Shown here piece after piece: positions 28,867-39,400 of a stretch of DNA of 64,000 nucleotides. Within the stretch, counting starts at the first letter, position 1. Each line of letters opens with the position of its first letter. The position numbers and the translations under genes were made by a program. The DNA comes from Bacteroides sp. GTDB lineage: Bacteria > Bacteroidota > Bacteroidia > Bacteroidales > Bacteroidaceae. The DNA lies in assembly GCA_021201335.1 (NCBI GenBank), contig JAJQFD010000016.1, positions 49,365 to 113,364 on the forward strand. Direction: 5' to 3'. Under the pieces are notes generated by a model. The model searched no databases. It was not told where the DNA came from and saw only the letters and a program-made list of their open reading frames with translations.

Positions 28867-31329
28867 TTATCGGAGTTTGGCTTCCAGTCTGGTTTCAAAG
28901 TTCCTGACCATTTTAGCCATAATCTTATCAATAACTTTATCGGTAAGCGTCTGCGTTTCATCCTGTAACAAGAAGCTTACTGCATATGACTTCTTGCCTG
29001 CTTCCAGATTCTTACCTTCGTAAACATCAAACAGAGAAACTTCACGCAGTAATTTCTTTTCAGTTTCGTAGGCAATCTTTTCAATTTCGGCGAACTGTAC
29101 CTTCTTATCAATTAATAAGGCTAGGTCTCGTTTAACAGCCGGGAACTTAGACAGTTCTTTATAGGATATTTTCACAGAGCGGATAGCTTTCATCAGTTCT
29201 TTCCAGCTCAACTCTGCAAAATAAACTTCATTATCCAGATCGAAAAAGTTGGTATTTTTTTTAGATACCACACCAAAAGTACCTAATCTTTTGCCACCCC
29301 TTGTATTGACAGACAAAGCAGTTGAATAAATATCATCTCTTAAATTACCCACAACCAAATCCTGAAGGTTCAATCCCAGACGAACAAAAATATTCTCCAC
29401 ATAAGCCTTCAATTCATATACCGAACTACTTTCATCGGCATGGGCCCAGGAATTTGAAACTTTCTTTCCCGTAATCCACATACCCAGATGAAGTTCTTCC
29501 CGGTAAGCGGCTAAAGGTTTCTCAGAACCTTTTTTTGATTGATCAAAATAATAGCAGTTACCAAATTCAAAGAATTTAAGGTCTGCATTCTTCCGATTAG
29601 CATTGTAGGCAATACTTTCCAACCCACCAAACAAAAGTGTCTGGCGCATACTGTTTAAATCTGCACTTAACGGATTTAACAACATCACCAGATTACTGGC
29701 CGGATAAGTTTCCATTCCTTCATAGTAAGCAGCCCGTGTCAGAGAGTTATTCATAATCTCGCTGAATCCACCACCTACCAGTTGTTCTGAAACCAGATTT
29801 TGCAGTTTGTAAGACTTATCTTCTTCGCCTTTAATTGTCAGACTGGATTTGAGTGTCTCTGAGATTTCCACATTGTTATATCCATAGATACGAAGAATAT
29901 CTTCAATCACATCCACATCCCGTTGGACATCCACCCGATAAGGAGGAACCTCCAGTGTCAAACCGTCATTTGTTTCCTTCTGGATTTTCATCTCCAGACT
30001 GGTGACAATATTCCGAACTGTTTCAACAGGAATTTCTTTTCCGATCAGTGAATTTATTTTGTTATAACTCAATTCTACGATAAAGTCTTGTATCGGTTGA
30101 TTATAAACGTCCTTTATTTCAGAAGAAATGGTTCCTCCGGCAAGTTCTTTTACCATCATTGCCGCAAGCTTCAGGCAATAAATGGTATTATTAGGATCAA
30201 CGCCTCTTTCAAACCGGAACGACGAGTCGGTATTTAATCCATGCCTGCGAGCCGTTTTACGTACCCAGGTAGGATTAAAATAAGCACTCTCAATAAACAC
30301 ATTTTTGGTTTCTTCTGTTGCACCGGATTCCAATCCACCAAATACACCGGCAATACACATTGGGGCTTCCTTACTACAAATCATCAGATCCCGTTCGGAT
30401 AGTTTGCGTTCTACCCCATCCAGTGTTATAAAAGGCGTGCCTTCGGGAAGAGTTTCCACAACCACTTCATTTCCAGCTATTTTATCTGCATCAAAACAAT
30501 GCAATGGCTGTCCGAATGCATGGAGTATATAATTGGTGATATCTACCACATTATTGATCGGTCTCATTCCGATCAGGCGTAACTTATCCTGCAACCAGTC
30601 TGGGCTCTCTTTTACTGTTACTCCTTTAACGGTTACACCGGCATAACGCGGGCATGCTTCTTCATTGACAACGGTTACGTTTATATCAAGATCGTGATTG
30701 TCAACAGCAAATTCATCTACAGAAGGTTTGGATAACTGAGCTTCATAACCGTTTTGAATAAGATAAGCATATAAGTCACGAGCAACTCCATAATGGGAAC
30801 TTCCATCTACTCTATTGGGAGTAATGTCAACTTCCAGTACAAAGTCACTTTTGATATTGTAATAATCCTTGGCCAGTGTTCCAGGAATGGCATCCGCAGG
30901 TAAAACGATAATACCAGCATGGTCAGTACCAATACGAATTTCATCTTCGGCACAAATCATCCCATTGGATTCTACCCCACGGATTTTAGATTTCTTAATT
31001 GTAAAGCTATCATCACCACTGTATAGCACCGCTCCTACCGTTGCTACAACGACCTTTTGTCCAGCTGCAACATTGGGTGCTCCACATACGATTTGTACAG
31101 GTTCTCCCGTTCCCAGGTTAACAGTAGTGATATGTAAATGGTCTGAATTAGGATGATCTATACAAGTCAGAACTTCACCGATCACTAGCCCTTCCAATCC
31201 TCCTTTAATGGTTTGAACTTCATCCACACCACCTGTCTCCAGACCAATCGAAGTGAGTGCGGCTGCAACTTCATCAGGTGTCAGATTGAAGTTGACATAC
31301 TCTTTCAACCAATTATACGAGATATTCAT
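28867..31329 (-). CDS. pheT: phenylalanine--tRNA ligase beta subunit
   Basis: 820 aa. It starts MNISYNWLKEY, and its tRNA-binding, B3/4, B5 and FDX-ACB domain order fits by length and motifs. Confidence 0.97.
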   Translation of the reverse strand: MNISYNWLKEYVNFNLTPDEVAAALTSIGLETGGVDEVQTIKGGLEGLVIGEVLTCIDHPNSDHLHITTVNLGTGEPVQIVCGAPNVAAGQKVVVATVGAVLYSGDDSFTIKKSKIRGVESNGMICAEDEIRIGTDHAGIIVLPADAIPGTLAKDYYNIKSDFVLEVDITPNRVDGSSHYGVARDLYAYLIQNGYEAQLSKPSVDEFAVDNHDLDINVTVVNEEACPRYAGVTVKGVTVKESPDWLQDKLRLIGMRPINNVVDITNYILHAFGQPLHCFDADKIAGNEVVVETLPEGTPFITLDGVERKLSERDLMICSKEAPMCIAGVFGGLESGATEETKNVFIESAYFNPTWVRKTARRHGLNTDSSFRFERGVDPNNTIYCLKLAAMMVKELAGGTISSEIKDVYNQPIQDFIVELSYNKINSLIGKEIPVETVRNIVTSLEMKIQKETNDGLTLEVPPYRVDVQRDVDVIEDILRIYGYNNVEISETLKSSLTIKGEEDKSYKLQNLVSEQLVGGGFSEIMNNSLTRAAYYEGMETYPASNLVMLLNPLSADLNSMRQTLLFGGLESIAYNANRKNADLKFFEFGNCYYFDQSKKGSEKPLAAYREELHLGMWITGKKVSNSWAHADESSSVYELKAYVENIFVRLGLNLQDLVVGNLRDDIYSTALSVNTRGGKRLGTFGVVSKKNTNFFDLDNEVYFAELSWKELMKAIRSVKISYKELSKFPAVKRDLALLIDKKVQFAEIEKIAYETEKKLLREVSLFDVYEGKNLEAGKKSYAVSFLLQDETQTLTDKVIDKIMAKMVRNFETRLEAKLR

Positions 31330-31365
31330 ATTATATAGTTTTTATTGTTTTCAAAAAACGACTGG

Positions 31366-31373
31366 CAAAGTTA
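31366..31373 (-). promoter_or_regulatory. -7 box (TAACTTTG) for pheT
   Basis: It lies 37 nt upstream of ATG 31329. Confidence 0.45.
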
Positions 31374-31562
31374 ATAAGTTTTTTGGTTAGATCGGGAATA
31401 TTCTTATAGAAAAAGCATCTCGATAGCAGGTGTTATCAACTACGAGTAAAGGGATAATACGTTCAAAAACAAACCCATAAATTATTTCACTTTAATTTGT
31501 ATTTTTTCAAACAAACCATTCGATTGCGTTGTTTTTTTCTTTTATCAATATGAAATTACTTT

Positions 31563-31570
31563 TATATTTG
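31563..31570 (+). promoter_or_regulatory. -7 box (TATATTTG) for the DUF3078 gene
   Basis: It lies 59 nt upstream of ATG 31629. Confidence 0.45.
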
Positions 31571-31628
31571 CACCTCAATAGCATGAAATTAATATAAATT
31601 AATCTAACAACTTAAATTATTACATCAA

Positions 31629-32510
31629 ATGAAACGATTTTTAATTTCCGTAAGCTTATTATTATCCGTAATTATGGTGAAGGCTCAAACGGATGAGCAA
31701 GGCTATGAAGATGGAAAATGGGTACTGAAGGGAGTAACAGGTATAAATATCTCGCAGAGTTCTTTCAGTAACTGGTCTGCGGGTGGTGAGAATTCATTGG
31801 CCGGGAATATTTTCTTAAATGGTTCCTTAGTTAGAAAAAGTGGTAATTGGTTATGGCAGAACACATTAGTTCTGGATTATGGTTTATCGAAAACAAAATC
31901 GACTGGTAACCGGAAAACAAGTGATGTTATTAATTTTGCCACTCAATTGGGTTATACAACTGATAATAAATGGTTCTATACCATCATGGGAGACCTTAAA
32001 ACCCAATTTTATAAAGGTTATAACTATCCGAATAAAGATGTATACATCTCTAAATTCTTTGCTCCGGCTTATTCCAATATTTCTTTGGGTATGGAGTACC
32101 GTCCGAAAGCAAATTATTCCATCTATCTTTCTCCCGTAGCAGGTAAAATGACATTTGTCACGGATGATTTACTCTCTGATTCTGGAGCTTTTGGAGTTGA
32201 TCCGGGAGATAAGTTCAAAGCTGAATTCGGTGCTTACTTTAAAGCCCGGATGGAACAAACCATTATGGAAAATGTAAACCTGGTTACAACGGCAGATTTT
32301 TTCACTGCATACGATAAATCATTCGGAAATGTTGATATCAACTGGGATGTTTTAATTAGTATGAAAATTAACAAATTCCTTTCTGCAAATATAAATACAA
32401 CACTTCAATACGATGATGATGTAAAATATATTAATAGCGCGGGAGAAAAGGAAGGCCCCAAAGTGCAATTCAAAGAAATCATAGGGGTAGGCTTAAGCTA
32501 TAATTTTTAA
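31629..32510 (+). CDS. DUF3078-like outer-membrane beta-barrel protein
   Basis: 293 aa. It has a signal peptide, an NWSAGGENS motif and a C-terminal ...GLSYNF. Confidence 0.7.
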   Translation: MKRFLISVSLLLSVIMVKAQTDEQGYEDGKWVLKGVTGINISQSSFSNWSAGGENSLAGNIFLNGSLVRKSGNWLWQNTLVLDYGLSKTKSTGNRKTSDVINFATQLGYTTDNKWFYTIMGDLKTQFYKGYNYPNKDVYISKFFAPAYSNISLGMEYRPKANYSIYLSPVAGKMTFVTDDLLSDSGAFGVDPGDKFKAEFGAYFKARMEQTIMENVNLVTTADFFTAYDKSFGNVDINWDVLISMKINKFLSANINTTLQYDDDVKYINSAGEKEGPKVQFKEIIGVGLSYNF

Positions 32511-32527
32511 AAGAGAGATACAGAAGG

Positions 32528-32584
32528 AAATGCTATATGACTCCCGGTGTTATTTCAACAAATTGGGTATGACATATAGCATTT
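32528..32584. repeat. 12-bp perfect inverted repeat with 33-nt spacer downstream of the DUF3078 gene
   Basis: The arms are aaatgctatatg (32528-32539) and catatagcattt (32573-32584). It may be a weak terminator. Confidence 0.4.
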
Positions 32585-32832
32585 TCTTAATATGATTCAT
32601 GTATTCACCCGATCCATCTTCTTATTGAAAAACATCTTTCCCCAATCATTTGTTCCTCTTACATGGCTTTATTCTTTTGCCCACATATATACTTCCAAGC
32701 TTGGAACCCCAGAAAAGAACAACCGATCATAAAAAAAGAATTTACAACTAGTAAAATTTCAACTTGACATTTTTTTGCCTAAGAAATCGAAAAAAAACAG
32801 ATTGAATTTGTTTTTTATATCATTATATATTT

Positions 32833-32840
32833 TATATTTG
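32833..32840 (+). promoter_or_regulatory. -7 box (TATATTTG) of an orphan transcription unit
   Basis: It sits in an 800-nt gene-poor region, 30 nt upstream of the weak ORF at 32870. Confidence 0.35.
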
Positions 32841-32869
32841 TATACATAATACAATTAATAGTAAAAACC

Positions 32870-33103
32870 ATGGCTGAATTTTACAACAAATCACGATTGA
32901 TTTTACTTTTATTTTCTCCCCTAAGAATATTCATTTCTTTACATTCGCAGGAAGCATATTATAGCATCTCATCTAAACTCAATATTTACAAATACTCGAA
33001 TCTTTCGGCTTTCGATCTATTATTTGAAAATGCTAAAAGTCCACCTTACGCTGAATTAGCACAAGTCAAGGAAGAAGTAGAAAAAGGTATACTTAATAGA
33101 TAA
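32870..33103 (+). CDS. hypothetical small protein (77 aa), weak call
   Basis: The only support is context. A TATATTTG box lies at 32833-32840, 30 nt upstream, and a 12-bp UUCG-tetraloop hairpin lies at 33169-33196 downstream. There is no recognisable family. Confidence 0.25.
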   Translation: MAEFYNKSRLILLLFSPLRIFISLHSQEAYYSISSKLNIYKYSNLSAFDLLFENAKSPPYAELAQVKEEVEKGILNR

Positions 33104-33168
33104 AGACTTTCTTTCCAAGGACATAACCTCAACACTCCCCAAAGAAGTTAAGATTCTTGGCTTATTTA

Positions 33169-33199
33169 TCAGGAATAGTCTTCGGATTATTCCTGATTT
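33169..33199 (+). terminator. 12-bp stem with UUCG tetraloop, weak U tract
   Basis: The sequence is tcaggaatagtc-ttcg-gattattcctga followed by tttat. Confidence 0.4.
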
Positions 33200-33326
33200 A
33201 TAAGATGTACTCAAAGGTATGTGGCCTGAATCTGTTTCATTCTTAACACTCTCTAAATTCATCTCTCCTTCTGAACTATTTCTTACCGGAGATGTTCTTT
33301 TAGAAGAAACTATAAAAATAAAAAAG

Positions 33327-33485
33327 ATGAATACAATAGAGGAACAAAAACATCCGGTTCCGGTGCAACAAATCAGACCGGACGATTCAGTGGAGAGTAT
33401 TGAGAAACCGGCTACTCCTGAGGAAATGGATGAAGCCGTAATAGAAATAAACCCGGATGCAAACAGCATGAATAGCAGAGGATAA
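33327..33485 (+). CDS. hypothetical small acidic protein (52 aa), weak call
   Basis: It reads MNTIEEQKHPVPVQQIRPDDSVESIEKPATPEEMDEAVIEINPDANSMNSRG. A plus-strand hairpin plus T7 terminator at 33474-33502 overlaps its 3' end. There is no family match by eye. Confidence 0.3.
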   Translation: MNTIEEQKHPVPVQQIRPDDSVESIEKPATPEEMDEAVIEINPDANSMNSRG

Positions 33486-33502
33486 TCCCCTGCTATTTTT
33501 TT
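33474..33502 (+). terminator. intrinsic terminator (plus strand only)
   Basis: The stem is agcagagg / cccctgct with one mismatch and loop ataat, then a, then T7. There is no U tract in the minus orientation, so it serves a plus-strand transcript. Confidence 0.55.
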
Positions 33503-33505
33503 ATC

Positions 33506-34075
33506 TTATTTATCAGCCTCATCGATGCCATTCACCTCAATAATATCTCCATAAGGAGGTATCTGAGGGCGACGCCTGGTAAACATGAACCAGTTTACCA
33601 ACTCGGCAGCGGCATATACCAGACAGGTAATTCCGATAATGATAAAGGCGGTATGACGCGCGGTGGTAGGATCAAACAGAATAACTACCCCCATGATAAG
33701 AATCAACGTAGGTACAATAAAGAAGCCACCCGGTACAGCCATCCACCGGCGGGTAACTATTAAGGAATATACCTGCTGAATACCGGCTACAACCAGGATA
33801 ACGCCCAATAATATCATTAATATATCTGCAAAAAATCCAGGCATAATTACCAGCCAAAGACCAAACAGCAGACTACCCACAAATTCCAGAGGAAAACTTT
33901 TGCTTATTCCTGCTTTATTATTGGCTGTGAAATACTTCACCAAACCAATGATGCCGGGTATCATAAATAATACACCAATGGTTATTACCAAATAATCTCC
34001 GGCCATGTCGGGCCAGATAACTAGTACCAACCCGATGATGATAGCCACAATAACACGTATTAAAGATTGATTCAT
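33506..34075 (-). CDS. DUF308/HdeD-like membrane protein
   Basis: 189 aa, 6 TM segments made of repeated about 30-aa hydrophobic units. Confidence 0.6.
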   Translation of the reverse strand: MNQSLIRVIVAIIIGLVLVIWPDMAGDYLVITIGVLFMIPGIIGLVKYFTANNKAGISKSFPLEFVGSLLFGLWLVIMPGFFADILMILLGVILVVAGIQQVYSLIVTRRWMAVPGGFFIVPTLILIMGVVILFDPTTARHTAFIIIGITCLVYAAAELVNWFMFTRRRPQIPPYGDIIEVNGIDEADK

Positions 34076-34107
34076 AATCTATACTTTTATTTTATTTCTG
34101 TAATTAA

Positions 34108-35772
34108 CTAACTCAGACCTTCTATCTCCCCATTCACAATGTCGATATGCTTTGCTTGGGGTTCTTTCGGAAGTCCGGGCATCCGAAGAATCTCTCCGGC
34201 AATAGCCACAATCATCTCCGCGCCATTATTAATAACAATATCCGTGATGTGTAGTTCAAAATCCTTGGCAACTCCGTATTCTTTCGGATTGCCGGAAAAG
34301 GAATATTGGGTTTTGGCAATACAAACAGGGTAATGGCAAATTCCCATCTTCTCAATGAGTTTCAACATCTTCCGGGATTTACTGCTGTAGGTAACTAACC
34401 CGGCTCCGTAGATGTGGGTCGCTATCTTGGTTATCTTCTTTACGGTATTATCGTCATCATTGTAGGTAAAACGAAGGCTTTCAGATGGGTTGTTTTCAAT
34501 GGTATCTACCACGAGTTGGGCTAGATCAATGGCACCTTCTCCGCCTTCTGTAAATGCGTTGTTGATAGCAAACCCTACTTCTTGTTCTGTGCAATGCTGG
34601 CGTACCAGTTCGATTTCTTCGTCTGTGTCACCGGCATATTTATTGAAGGCAACAACAATTGACTGACCAAACGAACGGATATTCTCAATATGCTTATCCA
34701 GGTTCTTAAATCCTTCGATGATCCCTTTTTCGTTGGGTTCCTTGATATCAGCTACATTTACGCCGCCATGCATTTTCAGGGCCTGAAGGGTTACAACCAA
34801 TACAGTAAGCGAGGGTTGCAGTCCGGCCTTCCGGCATTTAATATTGTAGAATTTCTCAGCTCCCAGGTCGGCACCGAAACCAGCCTCTGTCACTACATAT
34901 TCTCCATACGTGAGGGCCATCTTGGTAGCCAAGATGGAGTTGCATCCATGAGCAATGTTAGCAAAAGGCCCACCGTGAACAAAAGCTGCCGTGTTCTCGG
35001 TGGTTTGCACCAGGTTGGGATTGATGGAGTCTTTCAGTAAGACGGTAATGGCTCCTGCTATACCGAGGTCTTTGACGGTGAAGGGTTCGTCATCGTATGT
35101 AAATCCTAATAAGATGTTTTCTACCCGGCGCCTCAGATCCTGTTGATCTTTGGCAAGGCACAGAATGGCCATGATCTCGGAAGCTGTGGTGATGTCGAAT
35201 CCGCTTTGATGGGTAATGCCATTGGTTTTTGGTCCCAGACCTACTACTATTTCCCGCAAAGAACGATCATTGACATCGAGTACGCGCTTCCATACGACGT
35301 TTTTCAAACCAAAATGGGCCTGATTCTGATACAGGTAATTATCCAGCAAAGCGGTAATCATATTATGGGCGGAGGTAATCGCATGAAAATCGCCTGTAAA
35401 GTGCAGATTGATCTTTTCCATAGGTAATACCTGTGCATATCCACCTCCGGCTGCCCCTCCTTTCATGCCGAAGCAAGGGCCTAAAGATGGTTCGCGCAAG
35501 GCAACGATGGCCTTTTTACCGATTTTATTCAACCCCAGGGTTAAACCGATGGAAACAGTCGTTTTACCAATTCCGGCCTTTGTCGGAGTAATGGCGGTGA
35601 CCAGGATCAGTTTGTTTGCCTGTACTTTTTCTTCGTTAATAAGTTCGATGGGTATCTTGGCAATATAGCGTCCGTAGTTCTCTACCGAATCACGGGGGAT
35701 ATCGATGGATTCAGCTACTTGCTTTACCTTTTTCAACTCGATGCTACGGGCTATTTGAATATCAGATTTCAT
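34108..35772 (-). CDS. fhs: formate--tetrahydrofolate ligase
   Basis: It has the [11 protein letters not shown]-loop and overall FTHFS collinearity. I prefer the start at [10 protein letters not shown] (35772), because the -7 box at 35800-35807 lies inside the longer ORF-track version. Confidence 0.97.
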   Translation of the reverse strand: MKSDIQIARSIELKKVKQVAESIDIPRDSVENYGRYIAKIPIELINEEKVQANKLILVTAITPTKAGIGKTTVSIGLTLGLNKIGKKAIVALREPSLGPCFGMKGGAAGGGYAQVLPMEKINLHFTGDFHAITSAHNMITALLDNYLYQNQAHFGLKNVVWKRVLDVNDRSLREIVVGLGPKTNGITHQSGFDITTASEIMAILCLAKDQQDLRRRVENILLGFTYDDEPFTVKDLGIAGAITVLLKDSINPNLVQTTENTAAFVHGGPFANIAHGCNSILATKMALTYGEYVVTEAGFGADLGAEKFYNIKCRKAGLQPSLTVLVVTLQALKMHGGVNVADIKEPNEKGIIEGFKNLDKHIENIRSFGQSIVVAFNKYAGDTDEEIELVRQHCTEQEVGFAINNAFTEGGEGAIDLAQLVVDTIENNPSESLRFTYNDDDNTVKKITKIATHIYGAGLVTYSSKSRKMLKLIEKMGICHYPVCIAKTQYSFSGNPKEYGVAKDFELHITDIVINNGAEMIVAIAGEILRMPGLPKEPQAKHIDIVNGEIEGLS

Positions 35773-35799
35773 GTTACTATCATTTTTTGCGGAAAGATA

Positions 35800-35807
35800 C
35801 AAATTTA
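35800..35807 (-). promoter_or_regulatory. -7 box (TAAATTTG) for fhs
   Basis: It lies 28 nt upstream of ATG 35772. Confidence 0.5.
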
Positions 35808-36442
35808 ACAAAAATCTTCTATGATTGTTTGAGAAAAAAGGAAGTAAACAGATTAAAACAGAAAGGTGTTTTTTAGTTGAGCAAAACGATTACAGATTAT
35901 TTCAGATGAATTAATTTTCATATAAAAATATAATGAGGATTATTTCTCTACCTGACATTCTTTATTGCTAATAATACATTCTGTATAACAGTTAATTACA
36001 TACATAAATCTAACAGAATACTACAGCATTAAATACTTGCTATAATCACACAAAATAGTCCTATTTCATACACCGTAAAGCACGGTACAGTAAAGAGGAG
36101 AAAAGAAGAGTAAAATAAAGTAGAGTAAAGAAAACACTACTGCTACTACTGTAGCATTTAAAAAGAGCAGCAGCAGTAGATTGCCTTGATTAAATAATAT
36201 GAGTAAAATGCTACCGGCATTCCTGTCAACTGCTACCAGGATTTAAGGTAAATACAACCGGCGCCAGATTGAAACAGAAGCAGGCGACTGTTATTAATTG
36301 TTAATAAATCAACCAATGACCCGTTTCTTGCCTATTCTTGCCTGCGCCAATTTCGGGCCCTGTATCTTTGTTACCGGATAATTAATCAACCATCCTCGTT
36401 CTTTGACATGTTTACATACAGCTCGTTTAAGGCTACTGATTA

Positions 36443-39400
36443 TCAGGCATCACTGCCTTCCATAGCCAGCATTTCCTGTACCACCTGCACTGCTGTCTCT
36501 ACATTCGGAACCGATTTTATCAGCATGGAGCGTTTGCCGTTCTTCTCCCGCAAATCGCAACGTCGCGGATACTTCATCATATAGCTGATCAGCTTGCCAA
36601 ACGCGGCACTTTTGAAATACGGACTTTCCGGATTGGAAACCAGAAACAGAGTCATCCGGCCTCCTTTGAGGAAGATCTTCTCCACTCCCAAACGGGCCGC
36701 AATGCGACGCAAAGGAACCACCCGGAGTAACTCTTGTGTTTCGACAGGCAACGGACCAAAACGGTCTTCCAATCGGGTGCGGAAGGCTTCTACGTCCAAG
36801 TCGAGAGTAAGTTTGTCCAACTCCCGGTAGAGCAACATACGCTCACTGCTTCCGGTGACGTAGGTATCGGGCAACAGCAATTCGAGGTCGCTTTCGATGG
36901 TAGCCTCTTCCACAAATTCTTCTCCGGCGATTACACCGCTGGAGTCGACTTCCTGGGCATAGAGTTCGGAGAATTCATCGGTTCTGAGTTCCTTCACGGC
37001 TTCGGTTAGTATCTTCTGGTAAGTTTCGTATCCCAGGTCGGAAATGAATCCGCTTTGTTCGGCTCCGAGCATGTTTCCGGCTCCCCGGATATCCAAATCC
37101 TGCATGGCTATGTGGATACCGCTTCCGAGGTCGGAGAAGTTTTCAATGGCCTGCAAACGGCGGCGTGCTTCCGTGGTAAGACTGCTCAGTGGTGGTGCCA
37201 GCAGGTAGCAGAATGCCTTCTTGTTGCTACGCCCTACCCGTCCGCGTAACTGGTGCAGATCGCTCAATCCGAAGTTTTGCGCCTGGTTGACGATGATGGT
37301 ATTGGCATTCGGTATGTCGATACCACTCTCAACAATCGATGTGGAAATCAGTACATCGTAATCGTAGTTCACAAATCCCATGATGACTTTTTCCAGTTCA
37401 ACCGGTTCCATTTGTCCGTGTCCGATGGCGATGCGGGCATCCGGGATATGGCGAAGAATCAGGGTTTTCAGTTCCGGCAGATTGGCAATCCGGTTGTTGA
37501 CGAAGAAAATCTGTCCGTTGCGGCTCATTTCAAAGGCAATGGCATCGGTGATAACTTCCTCGTTGAACGTATGTACTTCCGTTTGCACCGGATACCGATT
37601 GGGCGGAGGCGTAGAGATAACGCTTAAATCACGGGCACCCAGCAGCGAGAATTGCAGCGTTCGCGGAATGGGGGTTGCCGTCATGGTGAGCGTATCTACA
37701 TTCACTTTCATCTGGCGGAGTTTTTCTTTCACGCTTACACCAAACTTCTGCTCCTCGTCGATGATTAGTAAGCCCAGGTCTTTAAATTGCACATCTTTGC
37801 CCAGGATGCGGTGCGTACCGATCAGGATGTTTACGTCTCCATCCTTCAAGCCTTTCAATACAGCTTTGGTTTGAGCAGCAGTACGGGCACGGCTTAAATA
37901 TTCCACCCGGCAGGGGAAATCTTTCAATCGTTCTTTGAACGTTTGGAAATGCTGATACGCCAATACGGTTGTTGGAACCAGCACGGCCACCTGTTTGTTA
38001 TCGGTAACTGCCTTAAAAGCAGCACGAATGGCAATCTCTGTTTTCCCGAAACCCACGTCACCGCAAACCAACCGATCCATCGGGATAGGTCGCTCCATAT
38101 CCTGTTTAACTTCGGTGGTAGCCTTGCTCTGGTCGGGTGTATCTTCGTAGATAAAGCTGGCTTCCAGTTCGTTCTGCATAAAGCTGTCGGGACTATAAGC
38201 AAAACCTTTTTCCTGTCGGCGTTGCGAATAAAGTTTAATCAGGTCGCGGGCAATGTCCTTAATCTTGCTCTTGGTACGTTCTTTCAACTTTTCCCAGGCA
38301 CCGGTTCCGAGTTTGTTCAGTCGGGGTGGTTCTCCTTCCTTGCCTTTGTACTTCGATACCTTGTGTAGCGAGTGAATGGAAACAAAAACCACATCCTCGT
38401 TCTGGTAAACCAGCTTGATCACTTCCTGGGTAGTATCGCCGTTCGGAAGTCGGACCAATCCGGCAAACCGCCCTACCCCATGATCGGTATGTACCACGTA
38501 ATCACCAGGTATAAACTGGTTCAGTTCTTTCAGGGAAAGAGCCACTTTACCGGAACGAGCCTTATCGCTTTTCAGGTTGTACTTATGGAATCGGTTGAAT
38601 ATCTGATGATCGGTGAAAACGCAGATTTTCAGTTGGTTATCTGCAAAACCTTCGTGCAGTGTCCGTTCTACCGGAGTGAAAGTTATCTGATCGTTCCGGT
38701 CTTCAAAGATGGCACGGATACGATCGGTTTGTTTCTTGCTGTCACTGCAAATATAGAGGGTATAACCTTTGGCCAAATACTCCTTGAAAGAAGCGGCTAC
38801 CAAGTCGAAATTCTTATGATAGATGGGCTGAACGGAAGTATCAAAACTCAGGGTTGCTTCGGGTGTTCCGGTAGGCTTATTGCCAAACTCCACCCGCCGG
38901 AAGTCGAGGGCTTTCCGTGTAAAGGTCTTCCCGTCAATGAGCAAGGAACGCAGTTTATCAGCCTGTACGGCAAGCTCTTTGATCTCATCTTCATTCTTGA
39001 GAGTAACGTTCTCGTTGACTTCATTCTGTATGGCCTGAATGCGCTCTCCCAACCAGAAGAAGTCACGGATAGCAAGTACGGTTTCTCTGGGAATGAAATC
39101 CAGAAAGGAGATGTTTCCATCGGATACCATCGCCAAGTCGGGTACAATGGCTATGGATTCTTTTCTGTCTTTGGAAAGCTGGGTTTCCACTTCGAAGGTT
39201 CGGATACTGTCTACCTCGTCGCCAAAGAAGTCGATACGATACGGGTACTCGGAGGAGAATGAGAAAACATCGATAATACTTCCCCGAATGGCGTATTGGC
39301 CCGGTTCGTAAACGTAATCTACGTACTGGAAATCGTAACTTTCGAGTACTTCGCGAATGAATTCCGTATCCACTTGTTCACCCACATGGAGTTTCAGGGT

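Noticed and set aside
33056-33469. A 137-aa minus-strand ORF lies in the gene-poor region.
   Set aside because: Its translation is Ser/Ile/Phe low-complexity. It spans both plus-strand hairpins and has no upstream -7 box on the minus strand.
35773-35811. The longer start for fhs (35811) and, similarly, 14553 for the DUF4301-like gene and 9608 for the DUF3999-like gene.
   Set aside because: For fhs and the DUF4301-like gene, the longer version would begin upstream of, or across, the best -7 box. For the DUF3999-like gene, it would overlap the upstream gene. The internal ATGs give conserved-looking N-termini or a proper signal peptide.
36073-36200. Reiterated GTAAAG and CTACTGC words were considered as a possible CRISPR or tandem-repeat array.
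   Set aside because: The units are only 6-7 nt, irregularly spaced and imperfect. There is no repeat-spacer periodicity of 25-40 nt and there are no cas genes.
38372-39262. A 296-aa plus-strand ORF, with a dozen other 60-165-aa ORFs on both strands, lies between 36.5 and 39.6 kb.
   Set aside because: All of them lie inside the unambiguous mfd reading frame (helicase motifs on the minus strand). They have low-complexity, Arg/Gly/Ser-rich translations. Stop-codon depletion in this block of about 50% GC explains them.
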